A DNA stretch of 64,000 nt from an uncultured Rhodospirillaceae bacterium (GCA_964474755.1 CAYYUG010000008.1:13360-77359); one strand, 5' to 3'; counted from the stretch's first letter, positions 37,548-47,392 are shown. The notes: generated by a model from the sequence alone, not told the origin. Program-made: numbers and translations.

Positions 37548-39155
37548 ATGCTCGAACTCACCAACGCGGATTGGTCATTGGGTGGTCGGTCGACCGTACG
37601 GTCGTTAAACGGAATAGTCGCCGCAGCCCATCCGCTCGCCGCAAACGCCGGCGCGGAAATGCTGCGCCGTGGGGGCAATGCCTTCGACGCCGTCGCCGCA
37701 ACCGCAGCGGCACTCAACGTCGTCGAGCCCTTCATGTCGGGACTAGCGGGTGCTGGCGCAGCGACGTATTTGTACGCGGATACGGGTGAGGTTTCCTGCA
37801 TCGATTTCATTCCACCAGCCCCGGCGGGTTTGAAGTCGGCCGAGATGGATGGTGAAGTGACGCAAACCGGACCCCTGGCGCCCTGCACGCCGGGTAACCT
37901 AGCAGGCTGGCATGAGCTGCAGAGCCGTTTCGGCAAACTCAGCTTCGCCGATGTGCTTCAGCCGGCCATAAAACTGGCATCAGACGGCTACCCAATTTCA
38001 AATTTTTTCATCGCCGAGACTAACGACCATAAAGATCGCATCAAGGATCCAGAGTGGCACCGGGTGTTCCAGCCTAACTGCGGCTGGAAGCCAGGTGATG
38101 TGCTGAAATTGACGGATCTTGCCGGTACCCTGGGGATGATAGCTGAACGGGGCATCGAGTATCTCTATGGCGGCGAACTCGGCGAAAAGCTGGACCGGCA
38201 TATGAAAGGGGCCGGCGGCGTCATCGCGCTGAGTGACCTAGAAGCGGTCGCCCCGCTCCACGAAACCCCCGTCAAAACAGCCTATCGAGACCGCTTGATC
38301 CATGTTCCGCCACCGCCTGCAGAGTCATTTCAGTTCCTGCTCGCCCTGCGCATTCTGGATTCCTTCGATATAGGCTCGCTCGGTCTGCTCAGCGCACCAC
38401 ATCTCGACATCGTCTTCCGGGCGATACGAATTGCTGCGGGTTTACGGATCCAAAATAATCGCTGTAGCCCAAAAGACGCGGACGCGCTGTTAGCAGATGT
38501 AAGCACGCATGTTGCCCGGGCCGCCGATGGCGTTCCTGTCACCGGCCCCACGGAAAAATGGTCCAACGACGCCGACTTCACCGCAGATGCCCCAAAGGAA
38601 AATACCACTTCTATGTCGATTGCCGACGCTGACGGCAACATGGTCTGCCTGACGCAAAGCCTTGGTTCTGCTTATGGTTCCGGCGTCATGGTTCCTGGCA
38701 CCGGCATGATCCTGAATAATTTCCTGAATTGGACGGATCTCGATCCGGCTTCCCCCAACGCCCTTGAGCCTGGCCAACGCATGGCTATGTGCTTAGCGCC
38801 ATCGATCTCAACCCGCGACGGCAAAGGCGTGCTGGCGCTCGGTACGCCAGGTAGCTACGGCATCCTGCAGACCCAGGTTCAGGCGATGGTCGGACATCTG
38901 GATTTCGGCCTAGATATCCAGGCAGCGATCGACATGCCACGCGCACGTTTGTGGGACGGCAGGCAAATCTATCTGGAGCGCCGGGTGGCCCATCCCGTTT
39001 GCGTCGAACTCTCTGCCCTCGGCCATGAAGTTTCGCTGCTGCCGGAATATTCGTGGCGCACTGGAGGCATGCAAGCAGTTGCGCGCGACCCCGAAAGCGG
39101 CACATTGGCCGGCGCGGCCGACAATCGGCGTGACGGCGCTGTAATTCCAGCCTAG
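37548..39155 (+). CDS. Gamma-glutamyltransferase family protein (no obvious signal peptide)
   Basis: ORF 37491..39155. The ATG at 37548 follows GGAAGGA. It has the N-terminal GIVAAAHPLAANAGAEMLRRGGNAFDA and an autoprocessing/nucleophile region ENTTSMSIADADGNMV. Confidence 0.8.
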   Translation: MLELTNADWSLGGRSTVRSLNGIVAAAHPLAANAGAEMLRRGGNAFDAVAATAAALNVVEPFMSGLAGAGAATYLYADTGEVSCIDFIPPAPAGLKSAEMDGEVTQTGPLAPCTPGNLAGWHELQSRFGKLSFADVLQPAIKLASDGYPISNFFIAETNDHKDRIKDPEWHRVFQPNCGWKPGDVLKLTDLAGTLGMIAERGIEYLYGGELGEKLDRHMKGAGGVIALSDLEAVAPLHETPVKTAYRDRLIHVPPPPAESFQFLLALRILDSFDIGSLGLLSAPHLDIVFRAIRIAAGLRIQNNRCSPKDADALLADVSTHVARAADGVPVTGPTEKWSNDADFTADAPKENTTSMSIADADGNMVCLTQSLGSAYGSGVMVPGTGMILNNFLNWTDLDPASPNALEPGQRMAMCLAPSISTRDGKGVLALGTPGSYGILQTQVQAMVGHLDFGLDIQAAIDMPRARLWDGRQIYLERRVAHPVCVELSALGHEVSLLPEYSWRTGGMQAVARDPESGTLAGAADNRRDGAVIPA

Positions 39156-39166
39156 GACAAGCGGAT

Positions 39167-40246
39167 ATGGATAAGTATTTCTCTATTGACTACGCGGAAG
39201 CCCGAGCCAAGTTTCTCGCCGCTGTCGAAAAAGCCAACGTGTCGCTATGGCAATTCGACCATCCCATGGCAGGACCAAATAGTGAGGCGCTTGGCACTGA
39301 CATCGCTTGGCTTGGCGACAGCGATGCCCAGAATATTGTCGTAGCGGGCTCTGCAACACACGGAATCGAAGGGTTCTGCGGATCCGCCTGCCAGACCGGG
39401 TTCCTGACGGAGAATTGGAAGGACCGACTCCAAACTGGAACCGCATTGTTGTTGGTACATGCCAACAACCCACATGGCTTCGCACATCAGCGGCGGGTCA
39501 ACGAGGACAATATCGATCTCAACCGTAATTTCATCGATTTCGACGCGGGACTGCCAGACAGCCCCGGCTACCCTGAACTTCACCCGGCTCTTGTGCCGGA
39601 AGCGTGGGACGGACCGGCCCGTAACAAAGCCGACGCGGCAATCGCCGCCTATAAGGTGCGCGAAGGTTTAGCGGCATTCCAGCAAGTCACGTCGCGCGGC
39701 CAATACACTTTCCCCGATGGCCTGTTCTATGGGGGCACAGGACCAAGCTGGTCGCGACACACCATCGAAAAATTTGCCCACGAACATCTAGCTCATGCTG
39801 CACGCATCGCATTGGTCGACTTCCATACTGGTCTCGGGCCGCGCGGCTATGGCGAGATTATTGGCCGCGGCGGCCCTGGCGATCCCCAATACGAACGCAC
39901 GATCGCCTGGTACGGTCCAGATGTGAAAAGCGCCGCGGTCGGCAATTCAGCATCGGTGCGGCTTAGCGGCACCATCGATTTCGGCTACCGTCGCGCCTGT
40001 CCTGCAGCGGAGCAAACCGCAATCACACTCGAATTCGGGACGCTGCCGCTGGAGGAAGTACATGAAGCTATCCGCGCCGATAATTGGCTTTATGCAAAAG
40101 GCGGCGCCGAAGCCTCCCCACATTTCAAAGCGATCAAAGCAAATATGCGCGCGGCCTTTTATGGCGAGGATAGTCAATGGAAAGCCAACATCTGGGCCCG
40201 AGGCCAGGAGATCGTTAAACAAGCGCTGGAGGGCGTGAATACCTGA
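39167..40246 (+). CDS. DUF2817-type M14-like metallopeptidase family protein
   Basis: 359-aa ORF. GSATHGIEGFCGSA, LLVHANNPHGFAHQRRVNEDNIDLNRNF and VDFHTGLGPRG fit the zinc-carboxypeptidase/succinylglutamate desuccinylase-like fold. Confidence 0.6.
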   Translation: MDKYFSIDYAEARAKFLAAVEKANVSLWQFDHPMAGPNSEALGTDIAWLGDSDAQNIVVAGSATHGIEGFCGSACQTGFLTENWKDRLQTGTALLLVHANNPHGFAHQRRVNEDNIDLNRNFIDFDAGLPDSPGYPELHPALVPEAWDGPARNKADAAIAAYKVREGLAAFQQVTSRGQYTFPDGLFYGGTGPSWSRHTIEKFAHEHLAHAARIALVDFHTGLGPRGYGEIIGRGGPGDPQYERTIAWYGPDVKSAAVGNSASVRLSGTIDFGYRRACPAAEQTAITLEFGTLPLEEVHEAIRADNWLYAKGGAEASPHFKAIKANMRAAFYGEDSQWKANIWARGQEIVKQALEGVNT

Positions 40247-40604
40247 CCAGTTCCTACCAATCCAAAAACGCTTTGAACACGACCTCATCGTAAATACGTT
40301 TAGTTCGACATAACAACTAAGTAATAGCAGCATAGATGGTGGGTTCGAGGTGTTAGATGACCATTTAGCAAACCATCTCCTGGAAAAGCGCATTGAGTGC
40401 GGTGTTTCCTACCTCGCGGCAGTGGAACCTGTGGACGTTTCCCGAGGATAAATTTCTTCGCGCTAAGTCGGATGATTTGCTCCCGATATATGAAGAGAAT
40501 CTGGAATAGTCGTCCGCCCGCCAGAAATAACAATCTCACTGTCTTAAACTTTCAATGCAATGATATGCTCCGACTAGGGAGTCAAAAATGACCGGGGGGT
40601 AATT

Positions 40605-41984
40605 ATGTCTATAGCCAACACCTATGCTGGCTCAAACGAAGCCGCGTTGCGGGAGGCCGGTAGCAAGCACGTCTTTATGCACGCATCGCCATATCGTGCG
40701 CTCGCCAAAGATATGGGCAAACGAATTCTAGTCGAAGGCAAAGGTTGCATCGTCAAGGATATTGACGGCAACGAATTTATCGACGCGTTGGCCGGGCTTT
40801 GGCTGGTCAATGTAGGTCATGGCCGACCGGAAATCGGCGAAGCAATGGCAAAGCAGGCGGGAGCGCTAGCCTACGCCAGTTCAACCCAGGCGACTACGAT
40901 ACCGGCAATTCAGCTGGCTACCCATCTGGCGGAGATTACACCGGGCGATCTTGGAACGGCCTTCTTCTGTTCCGGTGGGTCAGAGGCGGTGGAGTCGGCG
41001 ATCAAAATCGCGCGGCAATTCCACTACCACAATGGAGAACCGAAGCGGCAAAAAGTGATTGGTCGGCGCGGTTCCTATCACGGCGCGACCTATGGTGCGA
41101 TGAGCGTCAGCGGCACACGGCCGAACGCTGAACCCTATCACAGTCCCTTCATGCACGGAGTGCTGCACGCCTCGCCACCCTATTGCTATCGCTGTGATTT
41201 CCGGCAGACCTATCCGGCCTGTGATTTGCTATGCGCTGATCAAATCGACCAGATGATCCGCTATGAAAGTCCAGAGACTGTCGCTGCAGTCATTGCCGAA
41301 CCGGTCTCCGCCTCGAACGGCATTGTCATACCGCCGGAAGGTTACTGGAAGCGGCTACGCGAAATCTGCGACGAGCATGGCGTATTGCTGATCACAGATG
41401 AGGTCATCAACGGTTTCGGGCGCACTGGCAAGATGTTCGCTTCAGAACATTGGGATCTAGTTGGCGATATCCTGACGATGGCCAAGGGCCTTTCGAGTGG
41501 CTACGCGCCCATCGGCGCCGTAATGTGCCGGCCACATGTGGTAGGCGCGTTTGAGGGCGATAATAAACTTACCCATCTGCTGACCTATGGTGGACACGCC
41601 GCCGCTTGCGCCGCTGCGTTGGCTAATATCACGATAATTGAGAATGAAGGGCTAGTCGACAATTCAGCCAAGATGGGGGCCCATCTGCTGGAGGGGCTGA
41701 ATAGCTTGCGCGACCACCCAACCCTAGGCGACGTGCGGGGCCTCGGCCTGATCGCTGGGGTTGAACTGATCAAAGATAGAGAAACAAAAGAGAAGTTCGC
41801 CGAATCGAGCGCCGAGATCAAATATTTGAATTCGGGGTTACTAGATCGTGGCCTGCTGACGCGAGCCAGCCACATCATCTCACTCTCACCACCACTTTGC
41901 ATCACAAAAGAAGAAGTTGAGCGCGTCGTCGCCATCATCGAGGATGCGATTAGCGACCTGGAACGGAAGTTCGGCTACACCTGA
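40605..41984 (+). CDS. Class III (omega) aminotransferase
   Basis: 459-aa ORF. It has GLWLVNVGHGRPEI, FFCSGGSEAVESAIK and ITDEVINGFGRTGKMFA, with the PLP-lysine in LTMAKGLSSGYAP. Confidence 0.85.
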   Translation: MSIANTYAGSNEAALREAGSKHVFMHASPYRALAKDMGKRILVEGKGCIVKDIDGNEFIDALAGLWLVNVGHGRPEIGEAMAKQAGALAYASSTQATTIPAIQLATHLAEITPGDLGTAFFCSGGSEAVESAIKIARQFHYHNGEPKRQKVIGRRGSYHGATYGAMSVSGTRPNAEPYHSPFMHGVLHASPPYCYRCDFRQTYPACDLLCADQIDQMIRYESPETVAAVIAEPVSASNGIVIPPEGYWKRLREICDEHGVLLITDEVINGFGRTGKMFASEHWDLVGDILTMAKGLSSGYAPIGAVMCRPHVVGAFEGDNKLTHLLTYGGHAAACAAALANITIIENEGLVDNSAKMGAHLLEGLNSLRDHPTLGDVRGLGLIAGVELIKDRETKEKFAESSAEIKYLNSGLLDRGLLTRASHIISLSPPLCITKEEVERVVAIIEDAISDLERKFGYT

Positions 41985-42369
41985 CGGTACCCCTATTTCG
42001 TCAGCGCCTTTTCGACCTTTTTCAGCGCGTCAAGCAGCGTATCCCGCTGATACCTACCCATGGACGGTTGCCCAGTCAGAAGCTCCGAGCAAAATTCCAG
42101 TATGGACCAAAAGATGATGATTTAGCGGAAATTCTGCATCACGATGATCCTCAACTGTCTTTAAAAACTTTATGAAGAGACCATCATTTTAGCCCGCACG
42201 TCGAAGGACAAGTTGCACATAAATAAACCCTTGTTGACCTGGTTCGGAAACCTTACTGCGATTTCGGCTTTGTCATGGATCGTGTTTGATACGTTTCATC
42301 GTACTGCTCCTCTTTGACAAGCTGTACAATTGCGCCTTTCACAAAACAATATTGCCCCTGGTCAAAGAG

Positions 42370-43176
42370 TTATCCGTTGCCACCATCGAGCCAGGTAGCA
42401 GAGCGGCCACGATCGATCGGGATCGCCGCGCCGGTGATATCGCTAGCCTCCTCGCGGCACAGAAAGGCGACTAGATTGGCGACGCGGGCGGGTTCGATAT
42501 AACCCGTCGTCTGACCGCGACGGCGCAGATACTCGCCCCTCGCTTCGTCAAAATTAAGGCCAGTCTCCTCGGCCAATTCGCCAATTTTAATCTCCGTATT
42601 CGGCGTTAGCACCGAACCCGGACAGATCGCATTGCATGTAATGTTCGGTTCCAAGCGCGTCTCTGCGGCCGTGGCCCGCGTGATGCCAAGCATCGCCGTC
42701 TTCGCCATAACATAGTCAGCTCGGCCAGACCGGGCCGCTAGCCCCAGCACCGACGAAAAATTGACAATCCGTCCCCAGCCACGCTGGCGCATGCTAGGCA
42801 AGACGTTCTGTGTCAGCAGAAAAGGGGCCGTGACGTTGACCGCCAGCGCATGGTTCCAGTCTTTGCGGTTGAAATTATCAATGTTGTGGAAATAGCGAAT
42901 AACCGCATTGTTAACGAGAATATCGACCGATCCAAAGGCATCTTCCGTCGCTCGGGTTAGCGCGTCGACATCGCTTTCCATCCCCAAATCTGCACCGTTG
43001 TATCGAACATCGACGCCATGCTCTTCAGCCAAGGCCGCGCGGTCCTTTTCGATCGCGTCAGCATCGCCGAAACCATTCAACATTACGTTGCAGCCTTCGA
43101 CCGCTAGCGCTCTCGCGATGGCTTGGCCAATTCCGCGCGTTGATCCAGTAACCAACGCGGCTTTCCCCTTCGACAT
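42370..43176 (-). CDS. 3-hydroxybutyrate dehydrogenase-like short-chain dehydrogenase/reductase
   Basis: 268-aa ORF. It has KAALVTGSTRGIGQAIA, LNGFGDADAIEK and catalytic Y-x-x-x-K in ADYVMAK. NNAG is altered to NNAV. Confidence 0.7.
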   Translation of the reverse strand: MSKGKAALVTGSTRGIGQAIARALAVEGCNVMLNGFGDADAIEKDRAALAEEHGVDVRYNGADLGMESDVDALTRATEDAFGSVDILVNNAVIRYFHNIDNFNRKDWNHALAVNVTAPFLLTQNVLPSMRQRGWGRIVNFSSVLGLAARSGRADYVMAKTAMLGITRATAAETRLEPNITCNAICPGSVLTPNTEIKIGELAEETGLNFDEARGEYLRRRGQTTGYIEPARVANLVAFLCREEASDITGAAIPIDRGRSATWLDGGNG

Positions 43177-43190
43177 AGCGCCTCACTTTT

Positions 43191-43706
43191 CTATCTGTCG
43201 ATCCCAAAACTTTCGATACCACCCTTGAATTCGGTCGGCGCAAAGATATCCGGTTGCATGCTCTTCAGCCATTCACGATCCATATTGATGTCATTGGCCT
43301 TGAGATAGATCGCGCCTTCATCGAGCACAATGTCCCAGTCCTGCTGGAGTCGGCAAAGCTTGTTCAAATCGACATATACTGTTTCGCCCAACGCCTCGAC
43401 CACCAGATCGGTCCAATTCAAGGGCTCGAACCGTCCTCGCTTTTCCTCATTAGCTAGCTGACCATGGCAGGCCGGGATACAGAGCCCGCACCCATTGCAC
43501 TGATGCGCCCAAACCTAGGTATCACCAGCTAACGGCGACCCACCAACAAACTATCTGAAGATCTCGTAGGCGATTTCGGACAATCGGTTAACGTCAATCC
43601 CTGCAAACAGCGCTATTGGGCAATTCTCGACGCATTTTCAGCAGTGCGGACAGGCATCGCAATACGCCTCGTTCGCGTCTTTACGATAGCTTGCCAGTGG
43701 TGTCAT
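43191..43706 (-). pseudogene. 2x[4Fe-4S] ferredoxin-like gene with three in-frame stops (TGA 43638..43640, TAG 43551..43553, TAG 43515..43517) and no frameshift
   Basis: The minus strand from the ATG at 43706 reads MTPLASYRKDANEAYCDACPHC*KCVENCPIALFAGIDVNRLSEIAYEIFR*FVGGSPLAGDT*VWAHQCNGCGLCIPACHGQLANEEKRGRFEP. It continues in the same frame into ORF 43191..43421. It has two cluster motifs: CPHC*KCVENCP fits CxxCxxCxxxCP, and CNGCGLCIPAC fits CxxCxxCxxxC. Confidence 0.65.
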
Positions 43707-43764
43707 GATGTTTTTTTCCGGACATCACCTTAGCTGTGAACCGTTACCCTGTCAGGGCAGAACG

Positions 43765-44664
43765 CTAATCAAGCTCCATGCCATCCATACCAGAATTTTT
43801 GCGAACCTGACTGCACATTTCGCGGATCTTCGGACCGAGTGCAACAGGATCGGCCATCGCATCGACTTCAGCACCACGCTTCCAGCCTTCGCAGACTGCG
43901 ACCATACCAGCGCCGGACTGGATCACCCGGCCGGTTATATCACCAGCATCCTCGCTGGCAAGCCACACCACGGTTGGCGAAACCCAAGCCGGAGCCCGTT
44001 CCTCAATTTCGTCTTCGGTGTATTCGCGTAGATAGTCGGTCATACGAGTATAGGCACTCGGCGAGATTGCATTGACAGTAACACCAAGACGGCCCAACTC
44101 ACGTGCCGCAATAATGGTGAAAGACGCGATACCGGCCTTCGCCGCACCATAATTCGTCTGTCCGACATTGCCATAGATGCCCGACGTCGAGCTGGTGTTG
44201 ATCACACGACCAAAGACGGGAGCGTCATTCTGCTTTGACATCGCGCGCCAATAGGCTGCAGCGTGCCGGGTCGGCGCGAAGGTACCCTTAAGGTGCACGT
44301 GTATGACCGCGTCCCATTCTTCTTCGGTCATGTTGACTAACATACGGTCGCGCAGGATGCCCGCATTGTTGACCAGGATATCGAGTTGACCAAAATGCTT
44401 GATCGTCTGGTCAATCATGTTCTTGGCACCGTCGAAATTGCCGACATCATCGCCATTAACTATTGCCTCGCCACCCATCGCCTCGATCTCATGGGCCACT
44501 TCCTGCGCCGGTGTCGTATCACCGCCGGTGCCGTCAACCGCACCACCCAGATCATTGACCACAACCTTGGCGCCATGTTTGGCGAATAGCAGAGCATGCT
44601 CTCGGCCGATCCCGCGCGCCGCTCCCGTGATGATCGCGACTTTGCCTTCACATAGAAGAGTCAT
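43765..44664 (-). CDS. SDR family oxidoreductase (MFE-2/Rv0148-type 3-hydroxyacyl-CoA dehydrogenase-like)
   Basis: ORF 43765..44940, with the real start at MTLLCEGKVAIITGAARGIG (44664) after GAGGAA. It has NNAGILRD and YGAAK. It is a paralogue of 53289..54218. Confidence 0.8.
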   Translation of the reverse strand: MTLLCEGKVAIITGAARGIGREHALLFAKHGAKVVVNDLGGAVDGTGGDTTPAQEVAHEIEAMGGEAIVNGDDVGNFDGAKNMIDQTIKHFGQLDILVNNAGILRDRMLVNMTEEEWDAVIHVHLKGTFAPTRHAAAYWRAMSKQNDAPVFGRVINTSSTSGIYGNVGQTNYGAAKAGIASFTIIAARELGRLGVTVNAISPSAYTRMTDYLREYTEDEIEERAPAWVSPTVVWLASEDAGDITGRVIQSGAGMVAVCEGWKRGAEVDAMADPVALGPKIREMCSQVRKNSGMDGMELD

Positions 44665-44848
44665 TCGTTCCTCGCTCAATGTATTATGTTCTGTTACGCA
44701 ACTAATACACGCTGGGGCCAACGAGACAAAGAGGCCATTACCACGACCGATCGTTGATTTGTCCCTACCTTTCAGAGTGATTAGACTGCTAGAAATTCGC
44801 ACTCGACAATTAGCGGGCTGAATTAGGCCCTCGCGTAAGGAAAATAGC

Positions 44849-46210
44849 ATGCGCCAAGTCCATTTCGTCGCCTTCCTGCAAGCGCAAAACTGCACCACGC
44901 TGCCTGCTTCCTGGCGGCATCCGGACGCTCGAACCGACACATACTCACCAGAGTATTATCAGCATATCGCCCGCGTACTAGAGGAAGGCAAATTCGATAT
45001 CGGCTTCTTTGACGACCGGCTGGCAATGCCGGACATGTATGGCGGAGACCATGCGGAAACGGTGAAAAACGGCATTCGTTGCGTGAAGATGGACGCCGTC
45101 ACCTGCCTGATGACAATGGCGGCGGCAACCGAGCGGCTCGGCCTCGGCGCAACATACTCGACGACCTATTACGAGCCCTTCCATGTGGCTCGGCTGTTCC
45201 AGACCGTAGATTTGATGACTAAGGGTCGGGCCGCCTGGAACGTGGTCACATCAGTCAATGACAAGGAAGCCGAAAACATGGGTAAGGAGCTCCATATGGA
45301 GCACGACACCCGCTACGACGAAGGCGATGAATTTATGGAAATCGTACTCGGCCACTGGGACAGCTGGGATGATGACGCGATCGCCGCCGACAAGGCAAAT
45401 AATCTTTACGCTCATCCAGAGAAGGTTCGGCGCATAGACTACAAAGGTAAGTTCATGTCCTCGCGCGGACCGTTTACGGTACCTCGTTCACCGCAGGGCC
45501 ACCCCGTCGTCATCCAGGCCGGCATGAGTGGCCGCGGCCAGAAATTTGCGGCCCGTTGGGGCGAATTGCTGTTTGTGGTGTATCACGATCTGTCGCAAGC
45601 ACAGGCGCGCTATAAATCCCAAAAGGAGATGACTGCGGCGGCCGGTCGCGACCCAGACGGCATGAAAATTTGTAGCCTGTTCTACCCGATTACCGGCGAG
45701 AGCCGGTCTGAGGCGGAGGATAAGGCCGCAGAATACGAAAAGCTGCCAAACGATATGGATCAACTTTTGCTACTATCCGAAGCGCTGAACTTCGATTTCG
45801 CCGCTAAGGGAATCGACGAACCGTTTACTGATGAGGAGATCGAGGGTATCCACGGCATGCAGTCGATGCGTGATCGCGTTGTCGTGGAAGCGGGCATCAA
45901 GAACCCAACACCGCGTGACTTCATGGAAGTTACCGGACGCGGGCTCCTACGCAACGCTTGGGTAGGTGGCCCGAAGGACATCGCTGATCGCATCGAAGAA
46001 TGGTGGGAAAGCCGCGGCTGCGACGGCTTTGTCATCGGCCCTACCCATCAGCCCGGTTGTTTCGAGGAGTTTGTGAAACACGTCATCCCCGAATTGCAGA
46101 AACGCGGCATCTATCGCAAAGAATATACGGGCGCGACCCTGCGCGACCATCTCGGGCTAAAGCGCCCCGCGATTGGTGATTGGCGTGGCAACACGGATGC
46201 AGCGGATTGA
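44849..46210 (+). CDS. NtaA/SnaA/DszA-family FMN-dependent monooxygenase (LLM class)
   Basis: 453-aa ORF. The N-terminus is MRQVHFVAFLQAQNCTTLPASWRHPDA. The length and the long insertion are typical of nitrilotriacetate monooxygenase component A-like proteins. Confidence 0.8.
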   Translation: MRQVHFVAFLQAQNCTTLPASWRHPDARTDTYSPEYYQHIARVLEEGKFDIGFFDDRLAMPDMYGGDHAETVKNGIRCVKMDAVTCLMTMAAATERLGLGATYSTTYYEPFHVARLFQTVDLMTKGRAAWNVVTSVNDKEAENMGKELHMEHDTRYDEGDEFMEIVLGHWDSWDDDAIAADKANNLYAHPEKVRRIDYKGKFMSSRGPFTVPRSPQGHPVVIQAGMSGRGQKFAARWGELLFVVYHDLSQAQARYKSQKEMTAAAGRDPDGMKICSLFYPITGESRSEAEDKAAEYEKLPNDMDQLLLLSEALNFDFAAKGIDEPFTDEEIEGIHGMQSMRDRVVVEAGIKNPTPRDFMEVTGRGLLRNAWVGGPKDIADRIEEWWESRGCDGFVIGPTHQPGCFEEFVKHVIPELQKRGIYRKEYTGATLRDHLGLKRPAIGDWRGNTDAAD

Positions 46211-46324
46211 GGTTCGTCGCTGCAGGCATAGGCCACTGCAAAGGGCACAAGGAGCGCCGTTATTTAAGTTTTGTTTTGGGCAAATTCGGGAAACCATACA
46301 ACCAAGCGACTAAGGTATCACGCC

Positions 46325-47221
46325 ATGACTGCATTGAAACAACCATTATGGCGCTCGCTGCTCTTTGTGCCTGCAACGGCGGAGCGCTTCGTCGCTAAAG
46401 CGCATACCCGTGACGCAGATGGTATCATTATTGATCTCGAAGATGCCGTAGCACCGGACGAAAAAGAGCGCGCACGCAGCCTCTTGCCGGAAGTCATGAA
46501 GAAAGTCGGCCAATCGGGGGCTGACATACTGGTAAGAATTAACAGGCCCTGGCGAATGACGATGGCTGATCTCGAAGCCTCGGTCTTAAACGGTATTTCG
46601 GCGATCGTTCTGACAAAGACTGAATCAGCTGATCATGTGATATTCGTGGATGAAGTAATCTCTGAGTTGGAAGTCGAGCGCGGGATAAATCGCGGCGCCA
46701 TTGATCTCTTCGTTCTCATAGAAACGGCCAAAGGCTATTTGAACGTAAGAGAAATTGTGCACTCCAGCACTCGCCTTCGTGCCGTGAGCCTTGGCATGGA
46801 AGACTTTGCCGAAGTGATCGGGATGCCGGAAGTCGATACCGAAGCAATTCTCGGTTACAACAGAGAGGTACATGTAGCCGCGCGAGAGGCCGGAATTCTC
46901 ATGATGGGTTATCCCGGTTCGATTGCTGATTTCTCGGACCTCGAGATGTTTCGAAACAACATTCGCCGTGCCCGCCGTCTCGGGTTTGATGGAGGGGCGT
47001 GTATCCATCCGGCCCAGGTGGCAATTTTGAACGAAGAGTTCTCTCCGTCTGACACTGACGTTGAGCGGGCGGAACAGATCATCGCGCTGTACGACGAGGC
47101 AAAATCAGATGGCGCGGGTGCCGTAGCCTTTGAGGGCAAAATGATAGACGAGCCGATCGTTCGACGGGCAAAACGAACGCTCACGCGTCGTCGTCGTATC
47201 GAAAACAAATCTGTGGTATGA
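46325..47221 (+). CDS. HpcH/HpaI aldolase / citrate lyase beta (CitE)-like, malyl-CoA lyase/thioesterase-type protein
   Basis: ORF 46271..47221, with a likely start at MTALKQPLWRSLLFVPA (46325). It has LFVPATAERFVAKAH, IIDLEDAV and GGACIHPAQV motifs. Confidence 0.75.
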   Translation: MTALKQPLWRSLLFVPATAERFVAKAHTRDADGIIIDLEDAVAPDEKERARSLLPEVMKKVGQSGADILVRINRPWRMTMADLEASVLNGISAIVLTKTESADHVIFVDEVISELEVERGINRGAIDLFVLIETAKGYLNVREIVHSSTRLRAVSLGMEDFAEVIGMPEVDTEAILGYNREVHVAAREAGILMMGYPGSIADFSDLEMFRNNIRRARRLGFDGGACIHPAQVAILNEEFSPSDTDVERAEQIIALYDEAKSDGAGAVAFEGKMIDEPIVRRAKRTLTRRRRIENKSVV

Positions 47222-47392
47222 TCGCGTCATAAGTAGTTTTAGACGTATCCCGGACGGGTCTTCCGCACAAAACAATTTCGCGATGGTCTACCTCGCCGTA
47301 ACCTGTTTATTTTCCAGCTTGTTTATCGGCTCGCAGCTACTCAAACTCAAAATTTATCACACGCCATCGTCAGACAATCTCCGAGGCAACTG

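Noticed and set aside
40300-40591. 79-aa (-) and 64-aa (+) ORFs in the 358-nt spacer before the omega-transaminase
   Set aside because: They have no RBS, mutually overlap, and give basic low-complexity translations without family resemblance. The region more likely contains the transaminase promoter or decayed DNA.
42001-42130. Possible XRE-type HTH relic on the minus strand (...SELLTGQPSMGRYQRDTLLDALKKVEKALTK*)
   Set aside because: Only about 30 residues bear a vague resemblance. There is no start codon in a sensible position, and it cannot be distinguished from chance without a profile search.
43515-43640. Idea that the TGA and the two TAGs in the ferredoxin-like gene are recoded (selenocysteine / pyrrolysine / read-through)
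   Set aside because: TAG is the genuine stop of confident neighbours (crotonase 9562, CoA-transferase 11586, SDR 43765). I see no hairpin with a G/U loop after the TGA, and the TGA is at a non-Cys position of the cluster motif. Pseudogene or sequence error is more parsimonious.
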